Below, piece after piece: positions 53,183 to 64,000 of a stretch of 64,000 nt of DNA (the stretch's first letter is position 1; each line of letters starts with the position of its first letter). Position numbers and translations under genes: made by a program. Source of the stretch: Guillardia theta CCMP2712 (lineage: Eukaryota; Protista; Cryptophyta); the NCBI RefSeq assembly GCF_000315625.1, contig NW_005434582.1, positions 235,824-299,823 of the forward strand. The letters are read 5' to 3'. The notes under the pieces were generated by a model. The model was not told where the DNA came from and ran no database searches. It was given only the letters and a program-made list of their open reading frames with translations.

Positions 53183-56100
53183 TCATGCTCGCAGCACCAG
53201 CGGCTGGCAGTTTCTTCCTCCGAGCGTGTGGGTGCGGAAGGGCCCGTGGATCATGTACTCGAGGTAGTCCTTGGCTACCTCGTTCCAGCCATGGCGCGGG
53301 TCCGTCCCGTACAGCTTCGCCCGGTCTACGAGGGCTGAGCTAGCGGGCACGCGGCCGGTGTCGATGTTGGTGAGGGCTGCAACCATCTCCTCCGAGGTCT
53401 CCGCGTACTGCGCGAGGTCCCCGAAGACTTGGTGCATCCTGTGGCGATGGAAGGGCCCGAGGATCAGCTGAGCTCCGCACGCGGCAGCCTCGACAGGAGG
53501 CATGCCGAAGCCCTCGTAGCTGGAGGTGTAGACGAAGACAGCGCTGGCGGAGTAGAGGGTGGGCATGTCCTTCTCGGGGATCATCTTGACGTCCTTGACC
53601 TCTGCCGATCTGGTTGAGAAACTAGAGGAGACATACAGGCAGGGGACAGGAGCGAGCAGGAAGGAGCAGGAGTATGAAAAGGAGCTAGAGAAAGAGCTGG
53701 AGGAGCAGAATGATGGTGGTGGTAAAGATCGAGAATGAGGAGGAACAAGACGAAGAGGAGGACAGGGGGGGAGGCAAAGAGGAGCGAAAAGAAGAGCTCA
53801 CCGATGCCATGGTCTTTCTCCTCTGGTAGTCCCACCAGCAAGACCATGTACTTGGAGCGAAAGCTCTGCGGCATCGCCTCGAGCCCCTCCCAGAACACGT
53901 CGTAGTTCTTGTATCCGTATCGCTTCCCAACGATGAGGATGTAGGGCTTCCTCAGGTCGTACCTCGCCCGAAAGTCTTCCTCCTCCTCCTTGCTCGCCGG
54001 CTTGAAGATCGGGGCCGCACGGTTGTCGGAGGTGGCCACGAGTTTCCTCTCGCACATGCCGTAAAGCTCGCAGAGGTCGTCGGTCGTGCTCTTGGAGATG
54101 GAGAGGAAGCCGCCTGCGTGTCGGAGGTTGTCGATCCTCGGCCAGTACTCGGAGCCAGGACCTGCCGCCACGTCACGCGAGGAGGAGGAGGGGAGGCTCA
54201 CCTGCATCCATGCCGGTGCGCTCGGGGATGTGATCGTAGACCATGTGGATGAAACATGCGTCGGGAGAGCCCTGGTAGTAGGAGCTAAACAGAACCTTGT
54301 GCTCCCCCGGCAGCTCCTTCACCCGCTGCAGCGAGTGGCAGTTGAGATTCTTCACCCCCGAGAAGAGGACGTGGTCCGAGTAGGCGCAGTGCGTGAAGTC
54401 GCCGCCATGCTGAGTGACGGCCTTGATCATGAAGGGAACGATCTCGTGCCACATCTTCGCTACTCCTCCGTCCAGCCGCCCGTTGGTGAGGTGGTAGATG
54501 TAGCCGTCGAAGATCACGTTGACCCCTCTCAGGTCGCACTGGCGGGGACGGAGAGGAGGCGGCGGGGAGGTGATGCGCGAGCCGTCAAAGTCGATCCTCC
54601 AGGGGCTCTCAGGGAACTTCTCACACGTTGCATCCCAGACTCGCTGGAGGGGGCCCGAGAGGCGTCCTCCCATGTGCCCGGCATCATGCTCCCCCTACAT
54701 GCATGATGTGTAAGGAGAAGAGAGGCGGCAAGAAGGTGAGGACGAGGACGAGGAAGAGGCAGAGAGCAGGAGGTGGATGAACGAGCGGGAGGAAGGGGAC
54801 GGATGCGGGAGTGAGAGGAGGGAGGAGGAGGAGGTCAGCACCGGCTCGCTCCACGTCGCAGTGAAGGCTCTTCGACCGGGCAGGTTGGGGTACATGCCGA
54901 AAAGCCCCTCATCCTCCATGAACCGCATGCACCAGGCGGTCCACATACGCGGAGATTTCCCGCTCCTCTTGATGTCTTTCCACCACTTGGATGTGATGAC
55001 GTCACCTCCCCTGAACTTGAGGTCGTCCGGCTCGTACCCTGTCGCCGACTTCGCCTGCTGCCATCGCAAGAACAGCCGCCACGTTCGAGGATGCGGAGAG
55101 AAACCCCACGAGCCGGGGACCTTGTAGAGGAAGGGCTCGTACTCGTTGTCGATCCTGTCCTCGACGTTAACCCACCGCCGTCAGCAGCTCCCGCTACCTC
55201 AAGTTGTCTCGTCCGTCCGAGGCTACAAGATGCTGCGTCTGCAAGGAGATGCCTATGAGATCCTGCCTTCTCCTGCTACAAGGTTACAGCTCCTCCTCCT
55301 CCTCACGCCAGTGCGCGCCTGTATCTCGGCCACATGCTCTTGAGCCATCGCCAGTAGACAGGAGAAACCTGGGACAAGTAAGCGGCAGCTTCCGCTGTTG
55401 ACGACTAAGCAGGGGCAGGAGTAGGCGGTGGAGGAAGACGATGAGAGGAGGTGAGAACAGAGGAGGTGAGAGAGGAAGATGGCTGACCTCCATGTCATCT
55501 TCGAAGATCACAACTATGCTCTCAAAAAGACGCGCTCCTTCCTCGGGTTGCCAGCAGCCCAGCCACTGACCCACCAGCCCGACGTTCTTGTCCCTGACTT
55601 CAAGCGTCTTCTTGCCGTGTCGCCAACTGAACTCCTCTGCCACCTGCAGAGTCTTCTTCCTCTCCTCGTCTCTGCTCCCCCCGCTCGGCCCATCTATCCA
55701 GATCTCGAGGTCTGCACGGTCTGGCGAGTAGTTGGCGAGGTCGAGGGAGCGGAGGAGGCGGAGGAGAGAGGAGGGGCGAGCGAAGGTGAGGACTTTGATA
55801 ATCAGGTCAGGAGGCAGCGGACGGTATTCAGCTCCTGCTGCCAGCGACCCGTTGGCGAAGTCATCCCAGTTGGACGCGACAAGCTCCTCTGCTTGCTTGC
55901 CGTAGAGCTTGGGGTAGCGAGTGAGCATGGCAGCGGACTGATCTGAGCGAGACTGTCAGGCAACGGAAGCGACCGACATCATCTGACCCCCATGTGCCAG
56001 ACGCGAGAGCTTCGCCTTCTTCTTCTTCAGCTTATCTTCCTCCTCCTCCTCGCTCCCCCACGATCCCTTCCCGTCAAACACTCGTGAGAGCCGTCGAGCA

Positions 56101-56846
56101 GCCCAAGGAGCTCACCTCCTTCAGCTTCTTGTCGCATCCGAGCTTCTTCCACTCGCCTGCTATGGACCTCGGCATGAACTTGTCGTGCTCCGTGGCCCTT
56201 GCACTCAGATTTACGCGCTGATGGAGCAAGAATAGGGGGAGGGAAGATGCAGGATAGATAACAGGAGAAAGGCGACGAGCATCAGCATGTGCTGGAGATC
56301 GAAATGAAGACGGAGATGGAGATGGAGGTGGAGATGGAGATCATGATGTCAGGAGGAGGAGGAGGAGGAGGAGGAGGAGGAGGAGGAGGAGGAGGAGGGA
56401 GAGGAGGAGGAGGAGGATGATGAAATTGCTGATATAGTCTGAACCTCATCCGGTGGTAAGCCATCGCCCAGAGCTCACAGAGAGTCTTGGCCTGGTCGTT
56501 TCGGAAAGGCAACAAAAGGTCGTCTATCACGTTGTTCTGTGAAGAAAGGAAGGCATCCAGGCCGAGCTTGCGATGATTTAATTCCGCGTCTCTCACGAAT
56601 TTCTTGTTCGCGCCATCCGGCGAACTGTCAGGCCGTCAGACGGGCAAGCGATCATCTTGAAGACCTCGAGGTATGACGGAGCGAGACCTGCAAGTTTAGG
56701 TAGAGCATGAGGACACCGAGGGCCATGAGGAGTCTGAGGAAGAGGAGAACGTCTGCGGGTCGTCCTTCTCCTCTCCTAACTCCTCCTCCTCCTCCTCCTC
56801 CTCCTCCTCCTCTCATCCTTCGCGTCTCTCCCTCCGTCCTCGACAT
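53183..56846 (-). CDS. Type II membrane bifunctional glycosyltransferase (GT-A-like domain plus GT4/GT-B domain)
   Basis: TM anchor VLLFLRLLMALGVLMLYLNL. GT-A-like IKVLTFARPSSLLRLLRSL..IWIDG..NVGLVGQW..VIFEDDME..PGSWGF. C-terminal KPYILIVGKRYGYKN and FVYTSSYEGFGMPPVEAAACG (GT4 EX7E). Confidence 0.85.
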
Positions 56847-56979
56847 CACGCCATGCTCGCTAACCAATTCTGAAAATCCATCACCCCCCCCACAACAACC
56901 AGTACCCTCATATACCCTACGTTTCAATAATTTTTTAGGTACCCCCTACCCCTCTGATTGACTACCCACCCTCACATTG

Positions 56980-57440
56980 AATGGACTCTGAGTCATCTCC
57001 TAGCCGCTCACTGAGTCAGTGCCATGTCATGCCGGGTCGGGTCGGATGGTGTCCGGGCCGGGCCCGCGGGCCCGCGGGAGTCCGACGGACTCGGACTCGC
57101 CGGAGTCCCGGCCCCGAGTCCAGCACCGTCACTACACGGGTATTACGGCCGTACCCGGCCCCCCGGGACCGGGCCGTGGGCAACCGTCCGGTCAGTCCGG
57201 GACCGGGTTCACGGTCAAGGCTGGCAAGTTAGACACAACCGGTTGAACCGTTCGGAACCGTAACTTGGAGGGAGGCTTACGCGGCGTTCTACTGAGACCT
57301 CTTCCCTAAACTTGAAAGGTTGAGTTCTCAGATGGCTCGCTGGGGGCCGGGCCCGGCCGGGCCGCGGCGGACTCGAGTCGCCGGACCGTCTCCGCGGCCG
57401 CGACAGTGACGGCTCCGGGCCACCGTCCGATCACCAGGTG
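56980..57440. other. GC-rich palindromic-word tract between divergent genes, preceded by an ACCC tract at 56880-56975
   Basis: GACTCTGAGTC, GGACTCGGACTC, CCGGTTGAACCG (57239), GACTCGAGTC. Confidence 0.7.
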
Positions 57441-57529
57441 TCGGAGAGCCTATTTTCATCACCCTCATATCCCATTGGTGACCTCTGAAGGTCAAAAGTG
57501 AAGAGAGGGAGCGACAACGAAGGGAGAGG

Positions 57530-57900
57530 AGACGAGAGGAGACGAGACGAGACGAGACGAGACGAGACGAGAGACGAGAGGGAATGAGCGGAGAGGAGAG
57601 GAGAGGAGTGACGAGACGAGACGAGACGAGACGAGACGAGACGAGACGAGACGAGACGAGACGAGACGAGACGAGAGACGAGAGGGAATGGGCGGAGAGG
57701 AGAGGAGAGGAGAGGAGAGGAGTGACGAGACGAGACAAGACGTGACGTGACGTGACATGACGTGACGAAACGAGAGACGAGAGACGAGAGACGAGAGACG
57801 AGAGACGAGAGATGAGAGACGAGAGACGAGAGATGAGAGACGAGAGGGAATGGGCGGAGAGGAGAGCACGGGCGAGGACAGGACAGGACATGACATGACA
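57530..57900. repeat. (GAGAC)n/(GAGACGA)n compound satellite with higher-order duplications
   Basis: Visible; the block GAGAGGGAATG.GCGGAGAGGAGAG occurs three times. Confidence 0.93.
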
Positions 57901-58161
57901 GAGCAGGGCAGGCCTGAGGTAAGAGCAGTGCAGGGCAGGCATATGCCAACAAGCAGAGGGCTCCGAAGCTTGAGGTGTTTGCGGGATCAGAACAGACAGG
58001 CAGGCGAGTATACGAAGAGTAGCAAAGAAGAGGAGTTCGCGAGGAGGAGGAGGAGCGCAAACGAGGATCCTGGTAGCATCTCTGACTCATGACGCGCATA
58101 TCACTAGAGTAGGGCAGGGGTCAAATGACAACTTGAGATGTCGATGGAGGCATCCGACGCC

Positions 58162-59193
58162 ATGAAAACGCGTCGCCCCGTCCTCCCTCTACTCCTCCTC
58201 CTCGTCTCTGGGTTGACGGTGAATCGTTCACCTTCCCTCGCGCCCCCTCACCCTCCCGCAGCCCTCGCAAGCAATCAGATGTATGCTCAGCTCCTACGAC
58301 GTCAAGAACTGGCCCTCCTGCAGTTCGCTGTATCCTCCTACCCTGCCCTACCCTCATCTCCTCTCTTTTCCTCTCTTCGTTCCGCTCTCCTCTCGATTGA
58401 ATCGGTTGACTCTCACTTGATCTTAGTGGCTTTTTCGCATACACATGGAGCAACAGGTTGAGACATCCTCTCGTCTCTCTCCTCCTGCTTCATCCTCATC
58501 TTTCATCCTTGTTTCCCTCCTTCTCCTCCTTCTCTTTCAGCCTTTTCCTCAAGCATCATCTCCCCTCCATCTTCTTCTTCCCCTTACCTGTCATCCTTTC
58601 CTTGTTTCCTCTCATACTCGCGACAGATGCATGGGCATAGGCAGTGGCGTCCTGTGCTCTGACTATCGCATCTCATCGGGTTGCCCGGATACTGGCGTGC
58701 TTCCCTGTCAGGTAAACTCTTCTTCACTCTCCTCTCCTCTCCTCTCTTGTCTTCCCTCCCGTCCCTCCCTCCCTTCCCTTCCTTCCCCTTTCTCCAGGCT
58801 TAGGCTCTATCTTCGCTAACATCTCTTGCTCAACCTCACCGCGACTTGTGTTCCTCTTCTTTCAGTTCGACTCCTCCACTCTCGCCCTTCGCGACAGCAA
58901 CTCATATTGCAAGGAGGTGACGAGGAGGAGGAGGGAGCAGAGGCAGCAGCAAGTCAAGGAAGAGGGAGGGGGAAGGGAAGGAGGGGCAGGAGGTATCGGA
59001 GGGGGTGAGGAGGCTCACAACCTGGCAGGGTCTTGATTATGATCTGTGCGATCGAACCATCGATGCATGCCGGACAACGGTAAGGGAGGAAGAGAGAGAA
59101 GGAGAGTGGCAGGAGAAGGCGGGGACGGAAGATGAAGACCGCGAGGATGTTGTGAAAGGGAAGAAAGGAGGGAAAGGAGGATATGGCCGAGCC

Positions 59194-59243
<50 letters not shown>

Positions 59244-60030
59244 TGAAAGAGGTCGCAGGTCACGACACGTTACGTCAAGGGGTCAGTTGCTTACTGGACT
59301 ATCGACAAAGCTTGCGGGAAATGCTCCTTCGCCACCTCCGTACGTGACGAGTTCGTCCTCCTCCACCCTTCCTTCCCCTCCTTCCTCTTCCTCTTCCTCT
59401 TCCACCTCTTCTTTCGTTGGTACGCTCCGCTTCCCCAGTTTCCTTTCGTTTGCCCTCCGTTGTCGTCCTTGTTCCTCGCAGCTTCTCGTCTCCCTCCCTC
59501 CCTCCTCCCTCCCTCACTTTCTTTCCAGGTCAAGAGTTCCTGTCTTCCCAGTCAGTGCTTGGGCACCGCTGCAAGCAGTAATCTCAAACTTCCTCCTCCC
59601 TCGACCCTCTTGTCTTCTCCTCACAGCTGGTGACGTCAGGCTGTACTGCTGACTGCTACTTCAAGTCAGAGGAGCGATTCGACGTGAGTGAGGCCCTGGA
59701 GGAGCTGATGGTAGCGGATAGAGAAGGAGCTAGTGGTAGCGGATAGAGAAGGAGCTAGTGGTAGCGTCAGAGGAGGAGCTGGTAGGAGGACGGGGATCAG
59801 GAGGAGGGAGAGTGTCGCTAACCGATCTCGCGCAGCTCATCGAGTGTAAGGAATGCTCGGGAGATCTCTGCAACTTCTCCACAAGAAGAGCAGCACATCA
59901 CCTGGTAGCCATTCCTCCTCCTCCTTCCTCTCTCTTCTCTCGTTTCTCATCAGCTTCTCGTCCTTCGCAGGTGACGCTTCTCTTCTCCTCCGTCTTCCTC
60001 CTCCTCATCTTCCGCAAGTGCCGAGCCTGA
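58162..60030 (+). CDS. Secreted or membrane-anchored Cys-rich protein with Ly6/uPAR-like C-terminal motif
   Basis: Signal peptide MKTRRPVLPLLLLLVSGLT; micro-exons CMGIGSGVLCSDYRISSGCPDTGVLPCQ|FDSSTLALRDSNSYCKE|GLDYDLCDRTIDACRTT|..|LIECKECSGDLCN; hydrophobic tail VTLLFSSVFLLLIF. Confidence 0.6.
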
Positions 60031-60162
60031 CCCAGCGAGAGAGAAAATGAAACTTCAATTGAATCACTCGAACAGTGGCGGACCCTTTTACAGCCCTCCC
60101 ACTCTCCTTCCTCCTCCTCCTCCTCCCTCTCCTCCTCCCTCTCCTCCTCCCGCTTCTCAAGT

Positions 60163-63100
60163 CTATTCGTCTGTCTTCTGCTTTTTCCACTTGTGCGCCA
60201 TCTCGAGGATCTTGAGAGCCTGCAACGTGACATCCAGTCAAATCAAGCCCTTCGCTCCCTCTCTCCCGCTCTCCCTCGCTCCCTCCCTCCCTCTCTCCCT
60301 CGCTCCCTCCCTCGCTCCCTCCTCAGCCTGCTTACCTGCGGCTTCTGCTCGTCCGGGAAGATGTAGTCGAAGTACTCCTCCCAGCCTGTCGTCTGAGCAG
60401 CCTCGAGTCACTCCCCTCCCTCCCCTCCCTCCTCTCTCTCACCTGCCCCTCCTCGTTCTGGATCGGTCGCTTCTTCTTGATCTGCACCTGCGTCAGATAC
60501 ACCTCCCCTCCCTCTTCTCCTCTTCCCCTTCCCACCTGCTTCGGTTGCTTTGCCCGGACGCTTTCAGGATCGCCAGCCTCTCCGAGGCCCTGCCAGTCAT
60601 TCAGCTGGGCTTGACTTCGGCTTGAGCTTTTACCTCCTCCATCGCCAGCCAAGAGTCCAAAAGTAGCACGCGCTCCTCCTGCCAGCCGTATCAGCTTCCT
60701 CCTCCTCCTCCTCCTCCTCCTCCTCTTGCTCTCCTCCTCACCCCCCCTCCCCTCGTCCTCCTCCCGATTTCCCCTCTCTCCTTCTCGAGCTGCTGACCTT
60801 GGCGGTAGGATGGTCCGACGCTTGCAGGGCACTTTGCCATGGTCAGATCGAACAAAAGGAGGAGGTGGAGGGGCAGAGAGGAAGAGGAGCCTGGAGGGAG
60901 GGAGGGAGGGCAGTTGAGCAGGGGAGGTAGGGATGGAGGGCGGGGAGGTAGGGATGGAGGGCGGGGAGGTAGGGATGGAGGGCGGGGAGGTAGGGATGGA
61001 GGGCGGGGAGGTAGGGATGGAGGGCGGGGCAGAGGGGACGGTGAGGAGGCGAGGACCTGTCGCCTTTCTTGTAGAGAGCGCGAGCTCGATCAGCTTCGCC
61101 CGCGGAGCTCTCAAACTGAGCGGCGCTGATGAAGACCTTGACATGCGAGGTTCTCTCCAGGAGTCTGCAACTTGCTCAGCTACGTACAGGGAGGGAGGTG
61201 GGTGAGGGGACCTGCTGTACAAGGCCCGCGCCCTCTGTGTCTCTCCTTCCGAGACTTCAAAATCGATGTAGGCCTTCCACAGCACCTCTGGCATGTCCAG
61301 CAGCGACTGCAACCTGATATGACGGAGAGCGAGAGGCAAAGAAGGAGGAGGAGGAGGAGGAGCAAAAGCAGGAGGAGCAGCAGCAGGAGCCGAATAGACC
61401 TGAGAAATGCCCAGCTCGAAGATTGCACGAGCTCTATCCAACTCCCCAAGCGATTGCTCGAGCTCTCCAAACGCTGTGGACACAACCATGAGGAGCAGGC
61501 GGAAAGGAGGAGGAGGGAAGAGGGGAAGGAAGTGAAGGGAGAGCACCAGTCCATGCCCGACAGTTGGCAGGGAAGCACTCGAGCTGCTTCTCGTAGATCA
61601 TGCGGACCCTGGCGGACGATCAGGAGGCGCCAGGGGGCACATGGCGAGAGGAGGGCAGGCGAACCTGTCGATGTTGCCAAGCTGAAGCTCCATCTCTATG
61701 TAGCTCTTGAAGATCTTGACCGAAGCTCGTCAGATCCTCCTCCTCCTCCCTTGTCCCTTTCTTGTCACTTCCCTCCTCCTCCCTTGTCGCTTTCTTTTCA
61801 CTTCCCTCCTCCTCCCTTGTCTCTTTCTTTTCACTTCCCTCCTCCTCCTTACCTTTTCCTTCGGTGCAGTTCCGATCGCTCGGCCCAACACCTGCAATCT
61901 CCATCACTTCTCCCTCGCTTCCTCAACCTCCTCAACCTTTCGTGCGGCCGCCAAGTCCTTCTGCCGGATTTCGAGTTGAGCGGCCATGACCCAGAGCTTG
62001 GCGAATGTGAAGGTGCTGGGAAGAGAGTGAGGGGGGAGGAGGGAGAGAGCAAAAGTGAGGGGGTGCAAGGAGGAGGGGTGGGGGAGGAGGGGGAAGGAGG
62101 GGTCAACCTATGAGGTATCACTTTGAGTGCCTCCCGGTACACCTGCATCGCTCTCGTCAGGTTCGTGGGGTCAGCACGAGGACTCGCTCGACCAGTCGCG
62201 CTCGCTCGACGTCCTTGAGCGAGACTTCCTCGAAGACAGCGTAGTAGATCCAGAGGTAGACGTACCTGCCCCCGCCATCACCTCCTTCCACCCGCTCGGG
62301 CAACTACCTTCTCCATGCTCGCTTCTCCATGGATGGAGGTTTCTGAGCGATCGCTCGCTCATATACTTCCCGCACCTTGCAGGCGTTTGAGCTTCTCAAG
62401 CGGCTTCGCCTTGACCTCCATCGCTCCTCTCACCTTCTCCGCGTCTCCATTGGCCTCCTCGAGCCTCACGTAGTCGAACCAAGCGTCGTAGTTATAGGGA
62501 TGCTCCTTCACCTCCTCCTGCTCCTCATCTCAGCGCCAGCAAACCAACCAGAAACCGGCGACCTCGTACTGGAAGCGTCGCTTGGACACGATGACGTCTT
62601 CGATCCCTTCCCTATCGTCTCCCCGTGACCCTCCTGCCACCCTCCTCATCCTCATCCTCATCCTCGTCACCTGTCGCCATGCTGCTTCTCGAATGCGACA
62701 AACGCTTGGTACAACTCATTCGCCTGTGGGACTTCAGCGCGTGCGATGGAAACCAGGAGGTCACTTTGCTCTTCGGGATGTTGTCCAACGCAAACTGCAG
62801 ACGTGGACGAGTGAGACAGAAGGAGGTGAAGACTGCCGGGTCACCTTGTAGATCGCCCTCGCCCTCTCTGATTCCTTCACCTGCTCTTCAAACTGCTCCT
62901 GCCTCAGGCCGGAACTTCACACGCATCACTTGCCTTGGCGAATGCGAGCAGCAGCTCAGGCTCGTAGGCAAACTCGCCGAGGTCTTCGATGGCTCTCTCG
63001 TAGACATTTCGCGCTGCTCAACCATCAGGGAGGGAAGGAGCGAGAGAGGGTGAGGAGATGGGGAATTAGAGGGAAGGCTTCTTGCCTTGAGGGATGGTTC

Positions 63101-64000
63101 CATGCTTTGTCTCGAACTTGGCGTACTTCATCCAGGTGCTCACCTGGTAATCAACTGAATGCAGTCAAGACAAAACACGACGACCGACCTTAGGGGCCAC
63201 AGAGATGAATCGTTCGAAGATCTCGCGAGCTCTCTCCACCTGCATCGCGTCTCACTTTCTCCATCCTCAAGCTTTCATCGCAACCTCGCGGTATCTCAAC
63301 TCCATCTTGATGTATGAGGTCCACGCGTTGTCCTCCGGCACCCACTGCATCCACCTGCCGTGCCGAGTCAGGAGAGCGTCGAGGCACGCAAGCTCCTGCT
63401 GAGACAACCGGTCGAAGATCTGCCGCGCTCCAGCCACGTTTCCAAGCATCTCTTCCATGTATGCATACTTGTACCAGAACTGATCCACTCTCGGACTGCA
63501 AGGAAAAGATCAAAACCAGCATCTCAGTAAGCTAAGGATCACAGGATAGCCACAGCTCGGTCCCAGATGTTGCGAGCTCTGTTGATGTTTCGATGTCTCA
63601 TCTCCATCTCCGCATATTTCAACCAGATAGTGACATTCCGTGAGTCTGTGCACCAGAATCAGACAACAAGACGGCAGAGCTCCGATCTCACCTATTTCCA
63701 ACGCTCGCTCCCACACACTTCTCGCCCTGTCGAACTCAAGTTGCGTTTCCTCCCACATGGCATACTTGACCCAAAGAGGGATCGCGTTGCGGTTGCGGCG
63801 GATGCCATCTTCAAACTCCTTCCTCTTGCGTTGCCTGACAACAGCAGTGAGGAGCAGAAGCACGGCTCAGGGACCCACCGATAGTCTGCGAGCTCATCGG
63901 GGTCAGTGATCTTCTGCTTGGGAGGTTTCGGGTCTTCCTCTTGTCTTTCTTTCGCCTCTCTGAGGATTTGTTCGGCAGTGATCTGACAGCCAACGGATCA
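60163..64000 (-). CDS. CRNKL1: Crooked neck / Clf1 / Syf3 HAT-repeat splicing factor (5' end beyond the window)
   Basis: [88 protein letters not shown]-stop. Confidence 0.96.
60920..61030. repeat. 21-bp intronic minisatellite (GGGGAGGTAGGGATGGAGGGC) x5
   Basis: Visible perfect units inside a CRNKL1 intron. Confidence 0.93.

Overview
Eukaryotic nuclear DNA from a draft assembly (six N gaps). It is GC-rich and intron-dense, with many ~40-55 nt GT-AG introns and many introns swollen by GA/CT-type microsatellites. A signal peptide followed by Phe on a plastid-type ABC-F, plus flagellar genes, points to a flagellated alga with a red-derived complex plastid; the style resembles a cryptophyte such as Guillardia (inference only). 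Recognisable genes: Prp2/DHX16 helicase (-), AT-hook + 16x C-x-H-x6-C-x2-C repeat protein (-), DUF3431 membrane protein (+), ABC-F (-), CFAP47 (+, one unexplained frame change), CaMKK/GRIK-like kinase (-), TPR-ankyrin-SET protein (+), intronless bacterial-type methyltransferase (+), single-domain voltage-gated channel with EF hand (+), eIF2-beta (-), a truncated TKL kinase (+), an MGCGASS acylated coiled-coil protein (-), a two-domain glycosyltransferase (-), a secreted Cys-rich protein with an Ly6-like tail (+) and crooked neck (-). The most unusual signals are: (i) recurrent intergenic GC-rich tracts built from a small shared vocabulary of palindromic words, micro-duplications and fold-backs, which flank a probable LTR relic; (ii) strand-biased ACCC/TACCC tracts near gene 5' ends; (iii) the modular 18-aa CHCC repeat array with a variable basic loop. 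Exon boundaries were read by eye and are approximate.
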